A program made the position numbers and the translations under genes. 64,000 nt of DNA from Candidatus Saccharimonadota bacterium (GTDB lineage: Bacteria; Patescibacteriota; Saccharimonadia; Saccharimonadales; UBA10212): NCBI GenBank assembly GCA_016187175.1, contig JACPKG010000002.1:12922-76921 (forward strand), written 5' to 3'. The notes beneath the pieces are model-generated. The model made no database searches and was not told the origin of the DNA. It worked only from the letters and a program-made list of their open reading frames with translations. Below, piece after piece: positions 8,807 to 16,544 of the stretch (positions are counted from its first letter, which is position 1; each line of letters begins with the position of its first letter).

Positions 8807-10531
8807 ATGAGTACCTTGCGCAAGACCACGACCGCCTTTCTGGTGGTCGTGGGGCTCGCCGCCGCCATCGCGCCCTCGGGCGCATCGGCGGCGAGCGACG
8901 CAGACCGCCGCCCGCGGCTCAACCGCGTTGTCGAGCACGGAGCGAACTCCGTGGCCGACATCCGCCGAGCCGCGGCGCAGTACCCGCAGTATCGAGAGAT
9001 GCTGCAGAACGAGCTGGACATGGATGGCTGGGACCCGTCCATGCTGCAGCTCGGCCCCGTCGTCAACATCGGCGACGGGGAGCAGATCGTGAACCAGGGG
9101 GTCGCCCCTGGGACACGGCAGCTTGTCGCCTACCCCGACCGCGGACGCGGTTACACGTACCGAAAGGTCGTGAACCGCGCCAACGGGAAGTTCGTGATCG
9201 TCAAGATCAGGTGTGGGAACCTGATCAAGACGTTCCGGGTTCCCGCGGAGCGGGTGAAGATCATCACCCGCTACCGTACGATCTACAAGATCAAGTACAT
9301 CAACCGGGCCGCGGAGATCGTTCCGCGCGGATCCGAGGCGCAAGCCAAGGCCACCGCCGGTGCGGTCGCCACGAATAACATCGACATCAACAACCGGCCG
9401 AAGGTCACCGTCACGGTGAAGCCGAAGATCACGGTCAAGCCGACCGTGAGCGTGACGGTGAAGGTGCCGGGGCAGAAGACCGCCCCGGCAAAGCCCAAGC
9501 CGGCGCCAACCCCGGCCGTGAAGTACGGCCGGTTGACGATCACCAAGGCCACTCCCGGTGTGGCCCGCGCCTGTTTCCGTTTCCACCTCTGGGTGGTCAA
9601 GAGCGGCAGGTGGGCGCGCTCGACCGACTTCTCGCTCTGCACCGGGCAGAGCAAGAGTTACAGCCTCCGGACGTCGACCAACGTCGGCGTGACGGAGAAC
9701 GCTGCCCGCGGGTGGAGTCCCGCAGCAGCGTGCGTTCGGAAGATCGTAGCGGCCGGGGTCCGCTGCGACTTCGTCAACCGGAAGGTCGCGGTGGCCCCGG
9801 GGGAGTTCACCGCGACCGTATCTAAGAAGGTCGTGAACTCGGCCATGACGGCCGATTTCACGACCTTCTACAATTTGTTCCGCCTGCCCGTGGCGGTGTG
9901 GATCAACGGGCAGGCGGCGTATACGGTGCTGGTTCCCATGGACGGGAACCGGTACGCGGTTTCGAAGGACGGCATCTCCCCGTTCGTGTTCAAGAAGGGG
10001 GACGCCGTGAAGTTATGCGAGGACCTCGGGTTCGCCCGAGGTCTCGTGCTCGAACCCGTCGCGCCGGTGGCGGCCGACGGGTGCCTGGTTGCGCAGAAGG
10101 GAGGGCCTGGCCTAGAGGTCTTTTCCTTCATCAACCGGGCAGTGGAGGGGGTGAGGCCCCAACCCCCGCCCCCGGCGGTTCAGCCACCGCCGGCGGCGCC
10201 TCCCACGGCGCCGCCGGTGACGCCTCCGACCCCGGCGCCGAAGACCGGGGCTCCGGGTCCCGGCACAACTACGCCGGGACAAGCAGGTGGCCCGGGAGCC
10301 GTCGGTTCGCCCGCCGCGGGCTCCGGCCCGACGTGCCGGGACGCCTCCGGGAACGTTGTTCCCGGGACCACCGGCGCCTCGGGGAACTGCCCGGGAGCGG
10401 TCCCCCCGACGACGGGGGCGCCCGGGCCGGCGGCGGGATCACCCCCCCCGCCCCCGACGGGGAACTGCCTAGACCCGGCAACGGGCCAGTCCCGGGCCGG
10501 GGCGAAAGATCAGTTCGGCTACTGCGTCTGA
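8807..10531 (+). CDS. High-GC secreted Cys/Pro-rich protein (signal peptide, beta-rich domains, Pro-rich C-terminus)
   Basis: SD GGGAGGTG before ATG 8807; MSTLRKTTTAFLVVVGLAAAIAPSGASA signal peptide; third codon positions almost all G/C. Confidence 0.8.
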   Translation: MSTLRKTTTAFLVVVGLAAAIAPSGASAASDADRRPRLNRVVEHGANSVADIRRAAAQYPQYREMLQNELDMDGWDPSMLQLGPVVNIGDGEQIVNQGVAPGTRQLVAYPDRGRGYTYRKVVNRANGKFVIVKIRCGNLIKTFRVPAERVKIITRYRTIYKIKYINRAAEIVPRGSEAQAKATAGAVATNNIDINNRPKVTVTVKPKITVKPTVSVTVKVPGQKTAPAKPKPAPTPAVKYGRLTITKATPGVARACFRFHLWVVKSGRWARSTDFSLCTGQSKSYSLRTSTNVGVTENAARGWSPAAACVRKIVAAGVRCDFVNRKVAVAPGEFTATVSKKVVNSAMTADFTTFYNLFRLPVAVWINGQAAYTVLVPMDGNRYAVSKDGISPFVFKKGDAVKLCEDLGFARGLVLEPVAPVAADGCLVAQKGGPGLEVFSFINRAVEGVRPQPPPPAVQPPPAAPPTAPPVTPPTPAPKTGAPGPGTTTPGQAGGPGAVGSPAAGSGPTCRDASGNVVPGTTGASGNCPGAVPPTTGAPGPAAGSPPPPPTGNCLDPATGQSRAGAKDQFGYCV

Positions 10532-10547
10532 CGCAGTAGCCGAACTG
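10511..10547. terminator. Perfect 18-bp-arm hairpin centred on the stop codon of 8807..10531
   Basis: CAGTTCGGCTACTGCGTC-T-GACGCAGTAGCCGAACTG; no U-tract follows, so it may not terminate transcription. Confidence 0.55.
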
Positions 10548-10549
10548 GT

Positions 10550-10830
10550 AACCCGTCCGTGTGATACCGTGCGGGCGGGTGGGACTAACGGCTAACGGTA
10601 TAGGTAGTCGGGTGGGGCGAGGTTTCGTTCGATGAGATGGTCGCCTCGGCGACTGCAGAACTCTTGAGCAGAGACTCGCCCCACCCCGACGCCGTAGAGC
10701 AAAAGCTCCGGCGTCGGGGTCACATACCCTCATTTGTTACTCCTCGGGAAGAGCAGCCCGAGCGTCGGATTTACTCCGCGCCCGGCGCGATGGGAAACCC
10801 CGAAGGGGTGTCCTATAAGGCGAAGCCGTT
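10550..10830 (+). ncRNA. Highly structured GC-rich 3' tail or candidate ncRNA
   Basis: Consecutive hairpins: CCCGTCCG/CGGGCGGG; GTCGGGTGGGGCGAG/CTCGCCCCACCCCGAC; ACCCCGACGCCG/CGGCGTCGGGGT; ACCCC-GAA-GGGGT. No credible ORF. Confidence 0.5.
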
Positions 10831-10931
10831 TTAAAGCCCAATAACTATCTAGTTTGCGAAAGCCTTAACAGATTTGTTCTGGCTAATCGTTAAAATTTAA
10901 CTAAATTCGATTTTAAGAAAGGAATTAAATA

Positions 10932-11777
10932 ATGCGTATGAAACTAGCTTTAACAAGCTTGCTTAGCGCGGTCGCAATAGTGGTTATGCCCGGCATTGCG
11001 TTAGCCGGATTTGCGCCGGCTGACCGCGCGACCCTCCAGTGTATTAGCCCAACCAACTGCCCGGGTGCCAGCTACGTGACTTTTAACTCGTTTACCAACG
11101 CTCCTAACTACGGAGACGAAAGGGCCTTTTTTGACGCCAAAGACGCTTCGATTACAAGTCCAGGCGGCTTCCAAGATAAGCTGACCGTAACCCACGGTCA
11201 GAGGATCTTTATGCGCGTCTATGTGCATAACAATGCCAACGAGTCTGCCATTGGTCAGGCGGCCGCTACGGCTAAAAATACTCGCATCCAGGCACTCCTG
11301 GAAACCAATAAGAAAACCAGCCACGTGGCGTCTGCTGCCATCACCGCAGACAACGCTAATCCGGCCACAGTTAGCGACACGGTCGAGCTGACTGGCGCCA
11401 ACCCGTTCACCATGGTGTTTGATAGAAACGCGCCGGTTAATGTTACCTACCGGCCTAACGGCACCGGCGATTGGGTGACCCGACCACTGCCTGGTGCTAC
11501 CTTCGCTAATGACCAGACAATCAACGCCAATGTTGGCGATTGGAGAGGCTGCTTCGAGTTCGGAGCACTAATCACCTTCACAGCCATTGTTAGTATGGAT
11601 GTACCAAAAATAGAAGTACCGCCACAAATCCCGCCTACACCAACTCCTCCTTCCGCTGGAAAACCGGGCGCACTGCCGGTAACTGGTGGTGCTGGTAGCG
11701 TTTTGGGCGTGTTTACGGGCGTAAGTGCTGCTGCCGGCGCTGTCCACTATTTGTGGGGCCGCCGGTTCGGCCAATAA
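10932..11777 (+). CDS. Cell-surface protein with signal peptide and LPxTG-like C-terminal anchor
   Basis: Signal peptide; TFNSFTNAPNYGDERAFF domain; Pro-rich linker, LPVTG, hydrophobic helix, RR tail. Confidence 0.8.
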   Translation: MRMKLALTSLLSAVAIVVMPGIALAGFAPADRATLQCISPTNCPGASYVTFNSFTNAPNYGDERAFFDAKDASITSPGGFQDKLTVTHGQRIFMRVYVHNNANESAIGQAAATAKNTRIQALLETNKKTSHVASAAITADNANPATVSDTVELTGANPFTMVFDRNAPVNVTYRPNGTGDWVTRPLPGATFANDQTINANVGDWRGCFEFGALITFTAIVSMDVPKIEVPPQIPPTPTPPSAGKPGALPVTGGAGSVLGVFTGVSAAAGAVHYLWGRRFGQ

Positions 11778-11825
11778 CCCGCCGAAATTTCAAAGAAATT
11801 TTTGCGGGCGAAGACAAAAATAACT

Positions 11826-11856
11826 TTGCAGGGGAGCCTTCGGGCTCCTCTTGCAA
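11826..11856 (+). terminator. Hairpin after the surface-protein gene
   Basis: TTGCAGGGGAGCC-TTCG-GGCTCCTCTTGCAA with a UUCG tetraloop. Confidence 0.6.
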
Positions 11857-11859
11857 GTC

Positions 11860-11880
11860 TTGCAAGGACAGTCCTTGCAA
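11860..11880. repeat. REP-B variant TTGCAAGGA-CAG-TCCTTGCAA
   Basis: Shares the CAAGGA-nnn-TCCTTG core with the RAYT-2 flanks. Confidence 0.65.
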
Positions 11881-11926
11881 AAATAAACACTGGTCAAAAC
11901 TGCCAAAATGTGCTAGCGTTTAAATA

Positions 11927-12070
11927 GAGCAATCCCACAGGGTTTCGCTCTTCCTCGCAATCTGGTTGCAGACTGCTTTGAAGGAGGAAACCCAAAGGGA
12001 CAAGTCGTGACTGACCGCTCATCGCAAATAGGTGGAGTTAAAAAACCTTCGGGCCGCCGAAGGTTTTTGA
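11927..12070 (+). ncRNA. Candidate small structured RNA with intrinsic terminator
   Basis: Nested stems GAGC/GCTC, TCCC/GGGA and GGGTTTC/GAAACCC, ending in AAAAACCTTCGG-GCCG-CCGAAGGTTTTT. No ORF. Confidence 0.45.
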
Positions 12071-12087
12071 TTTGGCACACAACCCTT

Positions 12088-12112
12088 TGCTACAAGGATA
12101 ATCCTTGTAGCA
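12088..12112. repeat. REP-B palindrome TGCTACAAGGA-TAA-TCCTTGTAGCA
   Basis: Abuts the reconstructed RAYT-2 stop codon. Confidence 0.9.
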
Positions 12113-12742
12113 TTAGCTTTCTGCCAGCCAATGTCTAAGCTGCTGAAATTCAGCTCGCATTGACTCATAGTCTTTCACAAAAGTGGCATAGTCACTCAGC
12201 TCATCGGCGTGCATCGCCAGTATTCTTTTTGGATTGATCCATTCAGCCTGCTTGCGACCTAGATAGTAGCGATAGCTGGAGTATGGGTAGGAGGTGTTTT
12301 TGATCTTATATCTTGTGGGTTAAGATGAATATAGCGGCTGATATGCCATAGATAGGCCTCGTCGTTAATCAGACTAGCTTCATAGGTTGATTCAAAAAGT
12401 CTCCCCCTGCCTTTATGAACCCTATTGAAATATAGACCATAAGCAGTCAGTATGCTACACATCAAATCCGTTATTCCAGTCTCTTTCTTGTTGTAGACCA
12501 ACAGATGAAAATGAGTAGGCATCAAGCAAAAGGCCAAAAGCTCCACCTCGTCGCGTAAATGACGTATTGGGCGTCGAGTAAGGTCTTGGCCGGGCTCTCC
12601 TAGAAAGGTAGCGTTTGAACAAGCTTAAGAAAGTCCTGTAATCTCTATCATCGATGAAGATATGGTGACGAAAAACACCTCGATTATATAGGTGGTAATA
12701 GCTTTCTGGCGCAAACTCCTTCACAACATTCCGTAGCGGCAT
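12113..12742 (-). pseudogene. Second RAYT / Y1 transposase, two frameshifts
   Basis: Three frames join: MPLRNVVKEFAPESYYHLYNRG; ELLAFCLMPTHFHLL...SRYIHLNP; YPYSSYRYYLG...LRHWLAES*. Confidence 0.88.
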
Positions 12743-12743
12743 T

Positions 12744-12768
12744 TGCTACAAGGATTATCCTTGTAGCA
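12744..12768. repeat. REP-B palindrome TGCTACAAGGA-TTA-TCCTTGTAGCA
   Basis: 1 nt upstream of the RAYT-2 ATG; inverted relative to the 12088 copy. Confidence 0.9.
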
Positions 12769-12811
12769 GACAGGTGTCAACCTGGCGTGATGTGATAGGA
12801 TAAACATCGAC

Positions 12812-12887
12812 GGCCCCATCGTCTAGTGGCCTAGGACACCAGGTTTTCATCCTGGCAACAGGGGTTCGATTCCCCTTGGGGTCACCA
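12812..12887 (+). tRNA. tRNA-Glu(UUC)
   Basis: GGCCCCATCGTCTAGTGG...CCAGG-TTTTCAT-CCTGG...GGGGTCACCA. Confidence 0.95.
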
Positions 12888-12944
12888 CGTGTTATTGTAG
12901 CTTTATACTTGCAAAATTGTTGATAAAAGAGCTTACTAAGAAAT

Positions 12945-13196
12945 ATGGAACGCGGACAATTGCATGCACATATTGTCCTAAACCCAACAGAAAAGAACCT
13001 AGCGGTTGAAGCTCTACAAGCCAACGGCTATAGAGAATGTGCAGATGCGCTAGAAGACAATGGTTATAGAGAAATCCCACCCTTTCCAATGTCTTTGATA
13101 GTTGTCTCCTTAAAAAAAAGAGCTGGTCAAGGTGACAGCGCTGCCCAGACGTTTTTGGATTCTTACCAGCGACTACCATCATCGATAGACACCTGA
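12945..13196 (+). CDS. Hypothetical protein
   Basis: 83-aa ATG ORF filling the tRNA-pgk gap. Confidence 0.5.
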   Translation: MERGQLHAHIVLNPTEKNLAVEALQANGYRECADALEDNGYREIPPFPMSLIVVSLKKRAGQGDSAAQTFLDSYQRLPSSIDT

Positions 13197-13258
13197 ACTG
13201 GCAATTAAGAGCCGCTTTTGCCATACTCTAGATTAGGGACTAAGATTTAGAAATTAGG

Positions 13259-14566
13259 GTGGGCAATTTTAATAAAAAGACCATCAGGGATATCAACTTG
13301 GCGGGCAAAAGGGTACTGCTGCGGGCCGACTATAACGTGCCCCTAAAAGAGAACCAGATACTTAACGACTTCCGTATCCGCCAGTCTATACCGACTATTA
13401 AATATATCCTAGACCAAAAACCGGCGGCCCTTCTTATCATTTCGCATCTTGGTCGACCCGACGGTAAACCCAACCCTAATCTTAGTCTGTTGCCAGTAGC
13501 TAAACACCTAGGCCAGCTGCTCGGTAAAAAAGTAGAATTTGCTGGCGACTGCGTTAGTGATGAAGCCAAAAAAGCCGCTGGCCAACTAGGCCCAAACGGT
13601 ATTTTGTTGCTGGAAAACTTGCGCTTTCACGAGGGGGAAGAGAGAAATGACCCCGATTTTGCCAAAGCCACCGTTGAAGCCACAAGTGCCGACCTGTTTG
13701 TCCAGGACGGCTTTGGCGTAGTCCATCGGGCGCATGCTAGCACGGCTGCAATTACTAATCTCTTACCTTCTGTTGCTGGCTTGCTTTTAGAAAAAGAGGT
13801 GGATGTTATAACCAAAGCCATGCAAGCGCCCCAGCGGCCGTTTGTAGCAATTATAGGCGGTGCCAAAATAGGCGATAAAATAGAAGTCTTAAATAGGTTC
13901 ATTGAAATAACTGACGGCCTGGCCGTAGCCGGCGCACTGGCCAATAACTTTTTAGTGGCTGAAGGCATCGAAGTCGGCAGTAGTTTGGTTGAACCGGAAG
14001 CTATGCCCGAGGCCAGGCAGATTTTGCGCCGGGCCCGGTCCGAGGAAAAGCGGCGGGACTTTAACTTTTTTGTACCAGTTGACGCCGTAGTCTCTAAATC
14101 CATGAATGGCCAGCTACCAACCAGATTAGTGGACATTACTAGCTATAGCCTGGCCGACATCGAGGCTTACCCTAAAAAACCCAAACTCAGCTCCTACAGC
14201 GTCGGCCGCGAGGAAAAAATCCTGGATATTGGGCCGATAAGCGCGGCCCAGATTGCCGGAATGGTCAAGATGGCCAAAACCGTTGTTTGGGGTGGTACCT
14301 GCGGTGCAACTGAAGTAAAGGGTCTGGCCGGCGCCCAGGCGCCCTTTGCGCATGGCACGCGCCTGGTGGTGGAAGCCATGATTGGCCCTAGCAATAACCA
14401 CAAAAATAAACCCTTTAGCATTGTTAGCGGCGGCGACACCGTAGCCTATATCGAAGCCGAAGGTTTAGCCGATGACTTTAGCCATATTTCTACCGGCGGC
14501 AGCGCTAGCTTAGATCTAATGGCCGGTAAAAAACTGCCGGGTATCGAAGCCCTTGCCGATAAATGA
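13259..14566 (+). CDS. pgk: Phosphoglycerate kinase
   Basis: RADYNVP, SHLGRP, LLENLRF, DGFGVVHRAHAS, GGAKIGDKI, HISTGGSAS motifs. Confidence 0.96.
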   Translation: MGNFNKKTIRDINLAGKRVLLRADYNVPLKENQILNDFRIRQSIPTIKYILDQKPAALLIISHLGRPDGKPNPNLSLLPVAKHLGQLLGKKVEFAGDCVSDEAKKAAGQLGPNGILLLENLRFHEGEERNDPDFAKATVEATSADLFVQDGFGVVHRAHASTAAITNLLPSVAGLLLEKEVDVITKAMQAPQRPFVAIIGGAKIGDKIEVLNRFIEITDGLAVAGALANNFLVAEGIEVGSSLVEPEAMPEARQILRRARSEEKRRDFNFFVPVDAVVSKSMNGQLPTRLVDITSYSLADIEAYPKKPKLSSYSVGREEKILDIGPISAAQIAGMVKMAKTVVWGGTCGATEVKGLAGAQAPFAHGTRLVVEAMIGPSNNHKNKPFSIVSGGDTVAYIEAEGLADDFSHISTGGSASLDLMAGKKLPGIEALADK

Positions 14567-14680
14567 TGAGGTCTGACCCTGAAAGTAAAACTGCTGGGAG
14601 AGGACGATCCTTGGGAAAATCTCTTTGCTTTTCCCAAGGATCGTCCTCTGTAGTCGGCTTTTTCCAAGGTCAGACCTCAT
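14566..14680. repeat. Nested REPIN-like inverted pairs between pgk and tpiA
   Basis: Outer ATGAGGTCTGACC/GGTCAGACCTCAT; inner 21-bp arms AGAGGACGATCCTTGGGAAAA (14599-14619) / TTTTCCCAAGGATCGTCCTCT (14629-14649). Confidence 0.85.
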
Positions 14681-14703
14681 GTACAATATGTGCAAAGGGT
14701 GGT

Positions 14704-15501
14704 ATGCGAAAAATCCTGATTGTCGGAAATTGGAAGATGCATCTGAACGCCAGTCAGGCTAGTTTGCTAGTGCATCGGCTTCAGGAGCGGATAAAAATTT
14801 ATCGCGATATCGAAGTGGTGCTGGCGCCAAGTATGCTGACCCTTCAACCGTTAAGTCTCCAAATAGATAGGCGCAAATTCCGCTTGGCCGCCCAAAACGC
14901 CTACTTTCGCGATGAAGGTCCGTTTACCGGCGAAGTCAGCTTTAACATGCTGCGAGATATAGTACATTACGTAATTATCGGCCATAGCGAAAGGCGACAG
15001 CTATTTCACGACAACCTGGCTACAGTCCGGGATAAAATGGCGGCGGCCGTTAGGAACGAAATCGTCCCGATTTTATGCGTCGGCGAAACCCAACAGGAAC
15101 GTGAGGACAAAGAGACCAAGCAAGTTCTGCACGATCAGCTTATGACGGCGCTAAGCAACTTAACAGCCGCCGAGGTAGCTGATGTTGTAATTGCCTATGA
15201 GCCGATCTGGGCTATTGGCCAGGTGACAGCTAAACCGGGCCAAGTGGCTGAAGCAGTGACTTACGTTCGCGGCTATGTTAGGGATGTTTTTGGCGAAAAA
15301 GTCGCCAAAAACATTCGTATACTATATGGCGGTGACGTAGCGCCGGAAGTTGTCCATGGACTGTTAGACGTGCCGGGTGTGGATGGTTTTTTGGTGGGCC
15401 ACGGCAGTTTGAACTACGAAACATTCGCCGCTATAGTAGAGGCAACACACCGCTGGCAAAGAAACAATAATGGCGAAATGGCGCCAGTTAAGGGGGAATA
15501 G
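14704..15501 (+). CDS. tpiA: Triosephosphate isomerase
   Basis: GNWKM, GHSERR, AYEPIWAIG motifs. Start moved to ATG 14704 because the upstream extension is translated repeat DNA. Confidence 0.93.
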   Translation: MRKILIVGNWKMHLNASQASLLVHRLQERIKIYRDIEVVLAPSMLTLQPLSLQIDRRKFRLAAQNAYFRDEGPFTGEVSFNMLRDIVHYVIIGHSERRQLFHDNLATVRDKMAAAVRNEIVPILCVGETQQEREDKETKQVLHDQLMTALSNLTAAEVADVVIAYEPIWAIGQVTAKPGQVAEAVTYVRGYVRDVFGEKVAKNIRILYGGDVAPEVVHGLLDVPGVDGFLVGHGSLNYETFAAIVEATHRWQRNNNGEMAPVKGE

Positions 15502-15504
15502 TAT

Positions 15505-16425
15505 ATGGATCGTAAACCAGTGCCGGAAAACCAATCACCAGCAACTAAGATAAACGTTAGCTCGGATGATTTTAGCCCCCGTCCTCTTGAAGATTTATTT
15601 CCCCAAGCCGATAAGTCTCCAGCTGCTGGCAAAACAACCAGCCAAACTGCTGATGAATCATTGATACCTGCACCCACTCAGAAACCCACGCCCCCGTCAC
15701 GCCGGCATATTTGGCTTTGGCCTTTATTCGTATTGGTTATTGGGGCTGGCGTTTACGCCGCGCTTGATAGTGGGTTGATAAATAACAATCTAAACTTACC
15801 GGTACATATTTTTGGTAAGTCCAGCTCAGCGGACACTTCATCCGCAACCCAACCGTCAGTTAGCCAGACAGTAGCACCGGCCGGCTTTAGCGCCACCAAG
15901 ATAGCCGAAACCAAGACTAAGCTGGCTTACCCTACGCAGTGGGGGACACCTACCGCTACAACCGATTTGGGGTTTACTAAACGCAGCCAGACCGCTAAGC
16001 CGGACGTGAATTACGCAATACTTATAAATTTCCCTAGTAACAAAGACGTACAGCTGGCTATAACTTCGGCCAAGTATTTACCGCCGGCCCGCAACGTCCA
16101 GTATTATGACTATCTGCAGTGGTGCGTGGGCAGCGTGGACGCTAAATACTATGCCGGTGTTTTACGCTACAGTACGACGGACGGTGTTGACATGCCCGGC
16201 ACAGTTTCTTGTGACCAAGGTCCGCTAAATAACGCCACCAGACTAAGCAACGATACAATTGTCCAAACTAATATTAAAAGCAGCGACGACAGCTTGCTGG
16301 GTGATATTTACACTAAAAACCTCCAAGATCAAACTTACCCAGTTGCTCGCGTCAAAGACGGCACTATGAAAAACCGTGACTTAATTACCACCATGCTGAC
16401 TACCATAGAGTCCTATACTGAATAA
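15505..16425 (+). CDS. Membrane-anchored hypothetical protein
   Basis: Disordered N-terminus, single TM (IWLWPLFVLVIGAGVYAAL), extracellular domain with a Cys pair. Confidence 0.7.
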   Translation: MDRKPVPENQSPATKINVSSDDFSPRPLEDLFPQADKSPAAGKTTSQTADESLIPAPTQKPTPPSRRHIWLWPLFVLVIGAGVYAALDSGLINNNLNLPVHIFGKSSSADTSSATQPSVSQTVAPAGFSATKIAETKTKLAYPTQWGTPTATTDLGFTKRSQTAKPDVNYAILINFPSNKDVQLAITSAKYLPPARNVQYYDYLQWCVGSVDAKYYAGVLRYSTTDGVDMPGTVSCDQGPLNNATRLSNDTIVQTNIKSSDDSLLGDIYTKNLQDQTYPVARVKDGTMKNRDLITTMLTTIESYTE

Positions 16426-16544
16426 ACAAAGAACAATCAGCAGTGTCCTTAGGAACGAGTTAGGAACAAGTATAAATCGAAAATACTTACAAGGGTCTTT
16501 TTTGGCCTAGATTTAAAATCCTACCCGTTTGTTACAATTAAGAG

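Noticed and set aside
8695-10733. Long alternative-frame and antisense ORFs over cassette 1
   Set aside because: Expected shadows of high GC3 coding DNA; Arg/Gly/Pro-rich and without SD.
14563-14703. 47-aa N-terminal extension of TPI
   Set aside because: It is the translated nested palindrome; a -10 box and ATG 14704 give a normal start.
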